DNA of 61,840 nt, filler included, from Choristocarpus tenellus KU-1152 (lineage: Eukaryota > Protista > Phaeophyceae): the NCBI GenBank assembly GCA_964200185.2. It is 12 parts of 12 records of this genome, joined end to end, with 100 filler letters (N's around TTAATTAATTAA, not from the genome) between each part and the next. Parts side by side here need not be neighbours in the genome. Positions count along the whole stretch, not along the records: positions 9,385 to 16,000 come from CAXNAD020007742.1; positions 16,101 to 31,087 come from CAXNAD020001084.1; 10 more parts are not named here. One strand, 5' to 3'. The position numbers were made by a program, and so were the translations under genes. The notes beneath the pieces are model-generated. The model ran no database searches, was not told the origin of the DNA, and saw only the letters and a program-made list of their open reading frames with translations. The stretch's first letter is position 1. Every line of letters starts with the position of its first letter. This document shows, piece after piece, positions 11,359 through 23,900 of this stretch.

Positions 11359-12292
11359 ATCCTAGAGGCGACTCCCAACATTATAGTCGTTGAGAGAAGA
11401 TAATTGTTCTGATATATGTGCCCCTAGTTCATCTTCCTATACAAATCTTACCTTGTGGTATAACAGGAAACAAGTAGTTCCGATTTTTTTAATGTGAATT
11501 ATGTCGAGTAACAATTGTGTGCAAATCTTAGGCAACTACTGTTAATACTACACATGTGTGCTAGTCGGTGTAACTCATGTAAGAGAGGGTAGGGGCAAGT
11601 AAAAATACCCTCTCTTATATCCTGATCCAGTCTTCTTGTATATAAGAGCGATTTTATTTTAAATCGAGGGTTGGTGATAAGAGAAACCTATGCTATATCG
11701 AGCAACAGTGCTTGTAGGTACTTTATACTTGTCCCCGAATGATGACAGAGCGACACCCTTGCTGTATGTGCTTCCCATGTGCCTTCAAGAGTAGATACAT
11801 GTGGATATGTATTGAACATTGCTCTCAGTGAGTCAAGCTGTTGTGGTGCAGCAAGCATCACATCTACACCACCCCTGCGCAGTATGCCAGTGTCGTATGT
11901 ATAGAGTACTGTAACTTTGGTAAATTGCACTCATTACAATGTATTCACTCATATATATAGTACACCTTCTCAAGAAAAGCATCCGCAAGACATTGGATGG
12001 CTGGAGAGACGACTCGTATTTCAAATCAAATCAACTTTCAAAGTCAATCTTCCTCCGATGCCCTGCCCTACGTATTCAAACAGTATCAAAAACTCCACCG
12101 TGGATCAAATACAGCTGCACCGCCATGCACCCCCCATCGCACGCCCTCAGCAAAACAACTTACTCGCTAATAAATAAATTGCGAATGCCAAAAAAATCAC
12201 GGATCTCCACTTGTTTGTTTGCCCTTGCCCCAATGGCACTGAGCCAAGCCAGCTTTGCTTTCCGGAGATGGTACGAAACATCATTCATGCTG

Positions 12293-14829
12293 TGTTGAAG
12301 TATTCCACACTGGACCCGCAGCTTTGGTACTTTGATGAAAGACAATGAATAGCTTGATGTTGATATGCAAAGTTAATATTACAAGGGGCTAGTAGTCTTG
12401 ATTCCGCTGACTGATTTGGTTGGTGAGAAAAGTGCAAACTACCATGTAGGATATGTAACGTCCACATGGATAATCGCAAAATAATATCTACTTATCATAT
12501 GTGACATATGATATATCAACGGATGATCCAGTATCAGGTCCCTACCATACATGAACGTTGTGTAGAGCTCAACTGAAATATATGGTAACATATATATCTG
12601 GCTCTACCTTTCCCAATCTGCTCCACCGATGGTGTCTATAGTGTATCAGCAGCACTATCAATGAACACTCTCCCTTGCTGCGCAGACACTATATACCCTT
12701 AGAATCTCCTTGTCTGAAATTTGAAGAAAGAAACAAACTTCTGCTAGTTCTCTCCAAAACAATGCAACAAATATAACCTAACATCAATGTTGACGTTGGG
12801 TCTGTTTAGGTACAAAAAAATCAGTCATCAATCTACTTCTGTTCTATTGCAGTCTGTGTAAACATTCTTGGGTCAATTCTCCTGTGGGTCGTTGACAATA
12901 CTATCTTGCGCCTCCATTAATCAACAAAATCCTCCCTACTACATCATGACGTACAATGAATAGAAAAACAGTAGTTACCATCAATACTGATCTGGGGTCA
13001 TTAAAATCAGTCACCCATCCGTCCTATTGCAGTCTCAAGTGGAAACATTCTCAGGTACTTTCTCCTGCAGGTCGTTAGCAATACCATGTTTCGTATCCCA
13101 CAATCCATCAAATGGCAAGGTTCTTAGCAATACATGTAGCGTCTCCTACAATCAACAAAACCTCCCTAGCACATCACTATTGCAGGTCACTGGAACACAG
13201 ATGCTACCTCATATCTACCATCCTATTGTAGTCGCCAGTGGAAACATTATCGGATACTTTTCCTGCAGGTCCTTAGCAATACCATGTTGCATTTCCCACA
13301 ATCCATGAAATGGCAGGGTCCTAAGCAATACATGTAGCGTCTCCTACAATCAACAAAATCTCCCCAGTACGTCACTACTACAAGTCACCGGAATACAGTA
13401 ATATGGTGAGGCTGTTCCTACCTATTCTATCACAATCTCTACGAACACATTCTGGGGTGATTTTTCTACTGTGGGTCCTTAGCCATACCAAGTTGCATCT
13501 CCCACGATCCATGGAATGGTGGATCCTTAGCAATACCATGCTGCATCTCCCACGATCCTGGAAATAGCGAGGTCCTTAGCAATACTATGTTGCGTCTCCC
13601 ACTATAAACGAAATATCCCTAGGGCAACGCCTAAAGTGAATCCTTGGAAAAGAGTAGCACAAATTAGTCGACTCCCTTACAACTGACATACCATACACAC
13701 AGACGAAGAAAATCCCTCCCTGACTTTAATAGCTATTCTGTCTAAAGTCAGTCTGCATACAACATCACAGCTGTCACTTGACTACTGTGGGTATGCACTA
13801 AAATACACAAGACAAATAGGGGACAGACTAAAAAAATCATTTGAAAGAACAACAAACACAAGGGAAGATAGTGACAAAGGGAAATGTTCCATGTCACGGA
13901 AGAAGTAAGAGCTTCTAATGCAGCCTTCTGACCCGTCCAGTCTCGAACTGATGTCTTCCACCTCTCAAGATTCACTTGGGGGAGGAGTCGTGGTTGATAC
14001 CATATGCGATCCCTCCTTAGCCCCCCTTCCAGAAGGTCTTCCTGTCCTCTCCCTAGCTCGAACAGTCAGGGGACATTCGCTCACCTCATGACCTAACCCT
14101 ATGCATCTCATGCAGCTTCTACCTTGGTTGTCATCTCCCCTCAGTCTTGTAGCCCAATCGAGGTCAGGGCAGTCGTACTTCGTGTGACCATCTTTGCCGC
14201 ACATAAAACAGACTACACAGCCCTTTCTGCGGCCCTTTCTACCAGCAGCTTTACTACTCGCCCTCCTTCCTGAAGCAAGAGTGTGATCATTCCGTTTTCG
14301 CCATCCATCTCCACGATTGGAGAGGTTAAGCGTTGATGCAGCTGGCACACCATCTCCTACTGTTACCACTCTCGCATTATCCTTTGAACTTGGGTGCAGT
14401 TAAACTTTTCGATTAAGGTGCCTTCCTTGACTCCACGTCCAAATCGACCCTTCACAGACTATGTCAGGGTCAAGTAGCGCAAGGTTGCAGCTACAAACAC
14501 TTCGTATAACCTAAGAATGAACCGCAAAACCGAAGAAATCCTCTCTCTTCTTCCCAGCAAATGTGGGGAAGTTGGATACCTTGGTGGGGTTGCTGGCAGA
14601 TATCTTGTATACAATTACTTGCTCACTACTAGCCTCGTCAATCAGCACAATGTCCCAGGAACAATCGGTCCGCTAGGTAGCGTGTTGAAATGTTCCACAC
14701 TGGACTCGCGGCTTTGGTGCTTTGATGAAAGACAATGAATAGCTTGACGTAGATATGAAAAGTTAATATTACAAGGGGCTAGTGGTCTCGATTCCGCTGA
14801 CTGAATTGGTTGGTGAGAAAAGTGCAAAC
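12293..14829 (-). mobile_element. Non-autonomous LTR retroelement: 3' LTR 12293-12667, PPT 12668-12678, internal tandem arrays, gag relic, 5' LTR remnant 14683-14829
   Basis: ~147-nt direct repeat at 12293 and 14683, TGTT...AACA LTR ends, purine tract GCAAGGGAGAG on the minus strand abutting the LTR, no pol visible. Confidence 0.7.
13965..14369 (-). pseudogene. Gag-like ORF with two CCHC zinc knuckles
   Basis: CFMCGKDGHTKYDC and CMRCIGLGHEVSEC (CX2CX4HX4C). Confidence 0.75.
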
Positions 14830-15083
14830 TGTTGAGAAGCTTGGCGCACATGAGGCTCGTCGCCGGAAGCTAGCAGTTGAATTACATGGTAAAGCACACA
14901 CTGAATTATTAATTGCCTGTCAACCATCCATCATCACTGACCTGTGGATTAATGTTGACTTATTATATTTTATATACGTACGTAATCTGTATCATATCTA
15001 ACCAAGCATAAACGTACGCATAACCTATGTTGTATACTTGTGTCAGCACAAACAACGTAAGGATAACACTAGGTTATTCGACA
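14830..15083 (-). repeat. 3' LTR of a Ty1/Copia element (254 nt); PPT at 15084-15095
   Basis: TGTCGAA...CTCAACA termini on the minus strand, directly preceded by GCAAGGGGAGGA and downstream of the RNase H ORF. Confidence 0.8.
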
Positions 15084-15162
15084 TCCTCCCCTTGCTGAAA
15101 ACAAGTACTAACTCTCAAACAATCATAAAACAAAAAAAATAAAACCAAACACAAATGTTGTG

Positions 15163-15933
15163 TCACATGTTCATCAAAAACTTCACATGTTGTCTAAAAA
15201 CTCGAACTGGCAAATTCTTGGTCAAGACATCTGCCCTCTGGTTTGCAGTACCAACAAAAGCAACACAAATCTCTCCTTTTCTAGATAAATCCCTTAAACA
15301 ATGATGTCGGACATCAATGTGCTTTGCTCTAGTAGAGCTTGTGGCATTTCGTACTAGTTTGTATGCACCATCGTTATCCTCAAACAAATCAATGCAACGC
15401 CTAGGAAACTGCGGCTGAATAAACTCAAAAACACTTCTCAAGAAAAGTAATTCCTGTGCCACACTACTAAGTACATGTATTCACTCTCTGTGGAAGACAG
15501 AGCTACAACCCTTTGCACCTTTAACATCCAAGATATTGCTCCTCCTGCAAACATAATTGCTCCTCCAGTCACTGACCTACGATCATTCCAGTCTCCAGCA
15601 TAACTAGCATCAGCATACGCACTCAACTCACACTCAGTACTAAAACCACTAAAACTCAATCCAACACTGGGACACGTATTCAAATATGCTAAAATACATT
15701 CCACTGCACGCCAATGAGTGACTTTGGGATTGCTACTGTACTTGGCAACTGCACAAACTGCATTTGCAATGTCAAGCCTAGTCATAACAGATGCCCATAT
15801 CAAACTACCAACTGTCTCTCTGTATGGTGTATTTTCATCAACACTTGGATGATTCTCACTCTTGTCTAAAGCCCTTGAGAGATCATGGGGTACCGACCTT
15901 TTCTTTGCACCATCCATACCAAATCTTTGACAA
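15163..15933 (-). pseudogene. Ty1/Copia pol C-terminus (RT end plus RNase H), frameshift near 15465
   Basis: TPYRETVGSL..TRLDIANAV, HWRAV..ILAYL, AYADASYAGD..DRRSVTG, VALSSTESEY, EDNDGA, KHIDVRHH, ADVLTK. Confidence 0.92.
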
Positions 15934-16000
15934 GGCTCAAAGTATCTGGGAGGGGGTGGCGGCTGTCCATTTGGGGTCAATTTTTGTATGTCGCGATTTT
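15934..16000. mobile_element. MITE family A end abutting the Copia pol relic, truncated by the gap
   Basis: GGCTCAAAGTATCTGGGAGGGGGTGGCGGCTGTCCATTTGGGG. Confidence 0.85.
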
Positions 16001-17028
16001 NNNNNNNNNNNNNNNNNNNNNNNNNNNNNNNNNNNNNNNNNNNNTTAATTAATTAANNNNNNNNNNNNNNNNNNNNNNNNNNNNNNNNNNNNNNNNNNNN
16101 ATTTTACCACCCGCCACCCCACATGCCCCCCCCCCCCCCCCGATAAAGACCAGATCTATTTTTCCAGAGAGAGCTTAAGGCACTGCTTAGATGAGTAGGA
16201 GCCAACAAACATTCAGGGTTGTGATAACCCGAACAAATTACTAAATCTCCTTCATGTTCACCTTAAGATCATTGCTGCAACTCAATGTACTGTCGTCACA
16301 TCATGCCCTGGTCAGTCCAAGGGTATCAAGGAAGGGTGGAAGTGTCACAGCATTTTCACATAGTAATTGTGAGATGTAGAAGTGTAAGTCTTCATGTGTT
16401 TCAATGAAGTGCTCCATAGTGACAGAAGGGCGGCCATGAAGGACTAGCAACTAGATCACAATAACACAATATTACGAAGTAGTACGTGGATCCTTGATAT
16501 TGTCTTGTCACTATTGATTACACACGATGAGAGCCCACAGGCACAGTTTTCAAAGCGTGCATATGGCACTTTGTGACAGTACTGCTTCAAATATTGCTTG
16601 AGATAAACATTTCCATGCTGTTTCTTCATGCAGACTAGCAATGCAACAAGTTAGAAATCTGAAACCACCACATATTTTAGAAATATCCCAGTGCTACTAG
16701 CAAATTCACTTTTTACTATTTCAATCAAGTTTATAACACATGGAACGGAGAGGGAGTACATGCTTCCCAGATTCTATACCATACTTTACGGGCAGAACGC
16801 CTAAATATTTGTAAGTACTCCAAAATGTTTTTTCCATGCACTTGTGGAAGGAAGTAAAGACAGAATACAACAGAAGGACTACTCTTTACATTTTTTCATC
16901 ACTATCTCAGTGCTTTATTGACTTATGTGAAAATTATTTACAATTCCCACCCTGACATACTTTGTTTGAGGAAGTTGCCCATCCCTAACTACAAGATGGA
17001 CCTTTCTGGTGCAATCGTCAGTCACATC

Positions 17029-17491
17029 TCACCTCCAAAGCAGTACATACACCCCGGGCACGACTGTGAAATATATGTAGGTCTTGATCTCATGTGTAAC
17101 ATATGCCCCAAAGCTCCTACCGACGACAACATTCCAACCTCGACCATATGCCTTCTCAAACGCCTTTCGAATATAGGTTGCTATTGTCGTGAAGACCTGC
17201 CCTTTCAGCAATCACGTTAGTCGGTAATGTAAGTTATGATGTTAACATTGTGGTTGTGACTTTGAAGAGGTTGCATGTGGACCGGGCTTCGGGGCTAGGA
17301 TGTACAACGTCACAGGTTAGAGTCGAAGTTGTAATGGGTAAACAGGGTGGGAGGCCTCCACTGCTTGCATTGTGACACACCTGCCCTTTGCTGATGGTAA
17401 GCTGAAACGCTTCTTGACTCGTCTCCAATGCAAATTGGCACATGTCGTCTGTCATATCTTCCGCAAAGATATGCTGTTGCTTGTTAGACAT
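17029..17491 (-). CDS. Dynein light chain, type 1/LC8 family (exons 17491-17381 and 17196-17029)
   Basis: EDMTDDMCQFALE...IATYIRKAFEKAYGRGWNVVVGRSFGAYVTHE..YIYF..VLLWR; phase-0 GT-AG intron with ACTAAC branch site. The 3' end could alternatively splice at AG|GTGAGA. Confidence 0.93.
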
Positions 17492-17957
17492 GGCTTGGCG
17501 GCACGTTCAATTGCAACCTACTCGTATTCGGTTTGCCGCACTCGTCAATCCTCGGTATTCGGTTATTTCCAATTTCCGTCTTCTCGATCACCCCTGCCCT
17601 CTTCTTATTTTCAGTGAAATAGGGCAGGTGATCACTTCGTGAACAGCAGTCCCTCCTAGGCATGCAGAGACGCTTTGCTTCCCTAGAAAAATGACTACTT
17701 TTGAGAAGACTGGCATAAATTGATCAACTGGAAGGGAGAGGTCCAAAACATCGAACATACTCATTAAGGACTACAGTTACACCCATTGTTTCACTCATAA
17801 AAAAAACAAAATCCTGTGAGGTGAGACTCTATCAACAAAATCAAATGGCAGAGATGCGAGTGAATCTGCTGGACAGACTTTTCCGATCATGTTATGTCAA
17901 GGTCCTTAAAAGTGGATTTGAAAAGTAGCAAATCTAATACAATCTGTGAGGTAAACA

Positions 17958-20900
17958 ATGCGCCTGGCCAAAAATATGGAACAGTCCACGATCGATCGGT
18001 CGACAACTACGCCAGCATCCTCCAGAACCCTTCACCAATCATACCAGGTTAATGACATATTCCTTTGTTCGCCCCATCGAGTTAGTCTCATTGCACTGAA
18101 CAATCACTGATGTGTTCTATGTAAAGGGGAAAGGAAAATAATTTTGAATCATGTTCTCCATTCGTCCTTCTTTAGGGAAAGCATCTCGTCCTGCATATTC
18201 ACTCGAGCTTCCTCTCCTCTTCCTTGGCACAGCACGAGTTGCTAGTCTCACCATGTGACTTCACCAGCCTAGCTGTGGTAGCTGACGTTGACGCAGTCCA
18301 AGAGGAAGCAGAGGGTGATGACTCGAGATGGCTCCTATGGGTGGAGAAGCGGAGGGGAATCCTAGGTTGCAAACGTATCACCTGCCCCAGACCCGAGATA
18401 CCAAGGCCAGCCAGCAGACCATCCCACGAGCCAGATTCGACGAGTAAACAGCGTTATATTCCCCTTCTGGTTAGTGCAGCAGTTTTTCACTGTAGCGACA
18501 CCAGCAGAGCCTGCAAACTCTTACGCCATATTCAAGTAGTCAATTCCGTATGATGCATTCGAAACACAACCCAAGAGAGACTAGTAATATGCTTCAGAAG
18601 TACACCCAGAGTAAGAAGGAAGATCAACCTTTGCAAATTTTGGATCGGCGCAAGAAAATGGGACTAGGATGGAGGGTAATAGTGGGTGGTAGGTTTCATG
18701 ATTGGGTATACCTCTTATTTCTCTTTACGCACATTCAACGCGTTTTTGCAGACATCACCAAAAAGAACTGGAAGTGCCAAAATGGAAGAAATGATCAAGG
18801 GAGGCGACATTAACACAGGCCAATCAGATACGGAGGACGTGGCGCACAGCCAAGTAACCACTGATAGCCCCCAGCAAAACAAAGAGGAGAGAATCTTACT
18901 CGATGGCCTTAATCAGCCACTGAAAATTGCAATCGCTGCTGTCAAGGCCTCTGCCAGGGGCACCAATGATGTCCATGACTCAAGACATCAGAAGGGATGT
19001 TTCATCTTGGAAAACGGCAATGACAGCTCAAACATTTCAAAATCTTGTGCAAAGCAGCAAACTAAGAATTCGCTCCAACCATCCAAAAGAAGGCAATGTA
19101 TGTCAAATGGCAGTGGTCGGATCTGTTATTTACAGTGGGGCAAAAGCAGTACCATAGTTGTGACGGAGGGGCTCATAAATCCAATTGGCCTATTCGTGAC
19201 CTCACAACTAGATGTGTATATCCTGGCAGAGAAGGAGTTCTGTCAATCCGAGAACCAAGGAGACCAAGACTGTGGTATGTATCTAAAGAAGAGGGGAGAT
19301 GAAGGGCTAGTGTGCAGGCGAAGTCTTTATCATGTGCTTTTCCTTCATGGATCCCAGGTTACCAAATTGTTGTGCGAAAACGGCGACCAGAGAGAGGAGG
19401 TAGGGGAGGAGCTGAGGTCCTTAAGTCCACTGAGTGGGTACACTGCTTTGAGTGGAAAGGGACAGGGGTCAGAGAAGATTCCCAGGGAAAGACGGAGCCA
19501 TGATCTTAGTCAAGGTCAAGCTAAGTGGTATTGTAAGGACCGAGGGATTGGATGTAAAGACAAGGGTGCTAGAACAGATCAAGAGGACCAGGCCAGAGTT
19601 GGGCAGAAGGAGGAAATGAAGTCAAGTGAAGAGGAAAAACGAAGTGATACAGATGATACCGACTGGGAGAGCAGTGGAAGTGATGAAAAGAGTGCTGATT
19701 TAAGAGTCACAGTCAAATTTCGCTCAAACACGAAGAAGAAGCAGCAGCAGGTGTTAGAACCTTGTGAGGTATTGACACTTCCAGGAACCACAACATGTGG
19801 TATGGTGGAGCAACCGGTTGATTTATGTGTCCTTGAGAATGGGACGATCATCATTGCCTTCCGGTGTAAAGCGTCTCCTGAGACAGTCATATGCATGGCC
19901 CCTGTGCAGGGCTTGATGAGGGCATACTGTCCTCAAAAGAAGATTTTGGCTGGATGTCAAATGTTATCCTTACCGAGCACACCGGAGTTGGAGAAGCACC
20001 AATGCCATCAAGACCTCCAATCTGTTGCATTTGATCACAGAAAATCTTATATTATTAAGCAAGGCCTCCCTGTCATCACTGGCATTGCACTTGGCCTCAA
20101 GGGCATGGTTTTTATTTCAATGTGTGGGGCTGCAAATGATGGTACCACAACAGCTATAGCAGCCATCCAACTTGTTGGGGTGAGAACAACTCTTGACCCA
20201 AATGTTGAGGGAGGAGTTTCACCACCTTTGATGAATGAAGGACGGTTTGTAAGGGATGAAGAACGTTTTGGGGAAGGAGTAGCTGCTATGAGGCGAGGGA
20301 ATTCCAAGCCAAGTTTCCAAGACAGCTTCAAGGAACCAAGTTCTGTCATTCCCATTGTCTCTGGCTTCTGTTCAGCGGCAGCAGTGGATGCATTGAACAA
20401 CTTGTAAGATTAACCGGGACAGCCAATTCTTCAGTGTTGATCCCATCCTCTCTCTTCTCCCTTACCTTTTCTGTATTCAGATCGTCAGACTATGTTAGAA
20501 GTTGGTCCATGTTTGCAGTCTTTTCAAGTAAATCCATCTCATACCATTATCTATTGAATATAATTAAATCCCGAAATGAAAACAGTAGCAATTATTTTTT
20601 TAAACAATGATAGGTGGTATGCCCTGTCATGTGCATATAATACTTCAAATTATATTTTTTCAGAGTGGGTTAGGTGGACTCTCACACGGTATGATTACCA
20701 AGTATACCATCGGCTTATGTCCAAGAATACAGTCAGCCAAATTCCTCACTTGCATAAATTTTGAGAGTTATCACAGCAGAAACACAGTAGATATGAACAG
20801 AGCAGAGGTGATGGGAAAAAAAGCATCAAACATTGAAAACTTCAAAGTTGATACCTCAAGGGCACTGCATCACCTGTGACTATTAATGCTGAAATTCAGA

Positions 20901-23900
20901 GTTGTTGGAAAACATAGCAGTACAGGAGCAAAATGTGTTCAAAGCACATGGAATATCGATATACCTCGAGTAGTGGAGAGAGAGCTTGACTTTCCTTTAT
21001 TGCTCCTGGGGGCTATTCAACAGAAGGAACTGCCATCCAAGTATATGGTGCATTAGATCTGTCTTTGTTAGATACTCCTCCGATCCTCCGAGATGGGTGC
21101 TTCGTAGATTGGCAAAACTAGGATATATGTTGGAGTTAACAGAATGAACGAAGCGTGCGGTGACCCTTTGTACCATGCAAAGTGACATAAGTATTGTTTT
21201 GCAGCCCATATGATAAACCAAACTTTGCAAGGCTGTCAACCTGCAACCGTACCCATGACCGAAAAAAAAAAAGGGGGGGTAGAACTGTTGAGGTAGAAAA
21301 CGCGCAACAACCAACCTGTTTTTCAAAATATCAGCGCTCTGATTTGTACTGGTCCTGTCAGAAACTGGCTCTCTTGGTCAACTACACCTCTCCTATCACC
21401 AGGTTTTATGTCACAGCCAATAGGGAAGGCGAGTGCCACGCTCTGTGGTGCCACAGCTCTGGGGCATGCCTTCGTCGTCTCAGTTCCATCCAATGCTCAG
21501 CCACAGTGATGAGAATACCTGTAGTGGACAAGGTCTTGTTGCACAACAGAGGGCCAAAAAACGTAGAATCGTCTGGGGGTCCAAGCAGACAACGTGGTGT
21601 GGTTTCTAGGGATGTTATTCTAAGCGCAGCACTAGCAGAAGAAGGAGAAAAAGAAGTTGTGACAGGAGGGCAAGGGGTGGAAGGATTGTTTGCTTCACGG
21701 GGCAAGAGAGAGTCAGTGGAATTTGCCACATCTCCTTCAGAATTTGATGCCATAAGAGGAGCCCAGGGGGAGGAGGAAGAGGGTGTAAACATTGTGGTCG
21801 TGGCAAGGTGTCGGCCGCTGATACGGAAGGAGGTGGAACATGGTGTCCGAGCAGCAGTGAGGTGCACTGGGAAGGAGGTGACCGTTGCTGGGGACGAGCT
21901 GCCACTCAAGAGGGAAAGGAGCTTCATGTTTGACCGTGTGTTTGGTAGGTAGGTAAATGGAATTGAGAGGGGGTGCAGTTGGGGGTGATGACTGTAGTTG
22001 GATGAGGAGATAGCTCCATCAAAGCTATTTTGAAGACAGCAACAGTATGTTTCTGTGATGCTCTTGTGGTAAATAAAAAGCATGGGAATGCGAGGTTTTG
22101 GCCTATAATGTCCTTGTCATAGTGGATTCGATAAGCATGACAAGAAAAGTCTCATGAACCCTCCCCCTATGTTTCGCCGTCATTGCCCCAGGGCCCTATG
22201 TGAGCCAGGCATGCGTATATGCTGAAGCTGTTGCCCCAGTGGTACATAAGGTGCTTGATGGATATAACTCCACGGTCTTTGCGTATGGACAGACTGGATC
22301 GGGAAAAACACACACCATGGAAGGCGGTCTTGGCAATTCTGATTCTCTTGATGCCACGGAAAATAACAGGAGCACCCCCAGTGCAGATGTAAGCTTCACT
22401 CCTTTCTCCTAGGCAACACAGTAGTCAGTATTAGGGACTACACCAGTGGCAAAAACGATGGTACAAACCCACTGTGCCAATCATACTTCTCGCTTGGTCT
22501 ACTGGTTCATTCAATGTAGCGAGTTGCACTGCTTCATCTCCCACTCAGGTTGCAGGTCTGGGGATGATGCCAAGGGCAGTGCACACTGTATTTGGAATGA
22601 TCAATAATGCAGTTGGGCGCAGCAGCAATGAAGATGATGACAGGAGTAACAGAAGGGTTGTGGAGGGGGAGGGACATTCACGGAGGCATTGGGTATATAT
22701 ATCTCACATGGAGATATATAATGAGCGAATCTATGACCTGCTCTCATCAGACCATGAAGAGATGAGACCGTCACCTGTGTCAACAACAACTCCCATGGAA
22801 AGATCTTCACCCAAGGTATTGTCACCTAAAAGATCAAGACCTGTGGTGTCACCACCATCACCGAATAGACACCACTATAGGGGCTTCAAGACTGAGGAGG
22901 AGGAGGAAAAAGGGGGTACTGATGCGTCGTCTCCGAGGGGGAGAAGTGCACATCCGTCGCTGAAGTTGTCGATGGATACTGAAAACTTGAGACCATCAAC
23001 TCCTTCACCTAGGAGAGGAGGAAACACAAGGGGCTTGGGGCTGAAGATTGAAGAGCATCCTGAGTTGGGAGTACATGTGAGGGGGCTAACCCAGGTGGAG
23101 GTGCAGAGTCCAGCAGAGATCTTTGCCATCATGGCCAGAAGCAAATATAACAGGAGGACAGCTGAGGTACAGAATTTGGTACATCTTTTCCATCTACTTC
23201 CTTGGTGTTGACAGTGGTTATTGTTTCACCACAAAAGGCGATTTTCGAATTTCTCTGACAAATTGTCTGGTGAATTTATTGTAGTGAACCAGTCACTGAT
23301 GCCAGTGGCACATGCATGCAATTCTTACTGGGCCTGTGTTTAGGGGGGTCTAGCCACTCCATAGCGCACTAGCCTTCAAAGCAGGCGATGATCTTTTGCA
23401 GTGTATATTGCATATGGACCTAAAACCTTTAAGAGGGTAGGAGCTTTGCCTTGTTTGTCCTTTCGGGGCTTGACTTCCCACAGGTTTTTTATGCTCTTTT
23501 TCGGTTTTCTGTGCAAATACAGTTACCTAAGATGTATACCTGATTATTAAAGGTGAGTCCGGAGCAAGGATATTGACACTTGCTAACAAACACTATAGCA
23601 AAAATCCATCAAAATCGCAACTTAGGATTTATGATCCCGAAAGGATGCAGCCTTACCCTCTTAAATGCTTTAACTATGTATTATCATAGATGAAAGGAAT
23701 GTGAAATATATTAGAGTACCACATATTCACTGAACCAAGTTTGCTATTATAGTGTGGGCTCTGGCATCACATTGTATCCAAGAGGTAGAGTGCAGCAATA
23801 TACAGAGTACTTGTCACAGTGTCATTCGAGGTACCTTGAATTGTTACAACTCTGTACAGCACAAATTTGTGTGGAGGTAGTTGAGTCTTTTCAGACAAAA

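Noticed and set aside
12850-13610. Regularly spaced CCTTAGCAATAC units as a CRISPR-like array
   Set aside because: The intervening sequences are homologous to each other rather than unique spacers, the array lies inside an LTR element, and no cas genes are present
23429-23664. TTAA-GAG...CTC-TTAA read as a Sola3/piggyBac-type element with TTAA TSD
   Set aside because: Other copies show the inverted repeat extends ~16 nt further out, so TTAA is internal to the TIR
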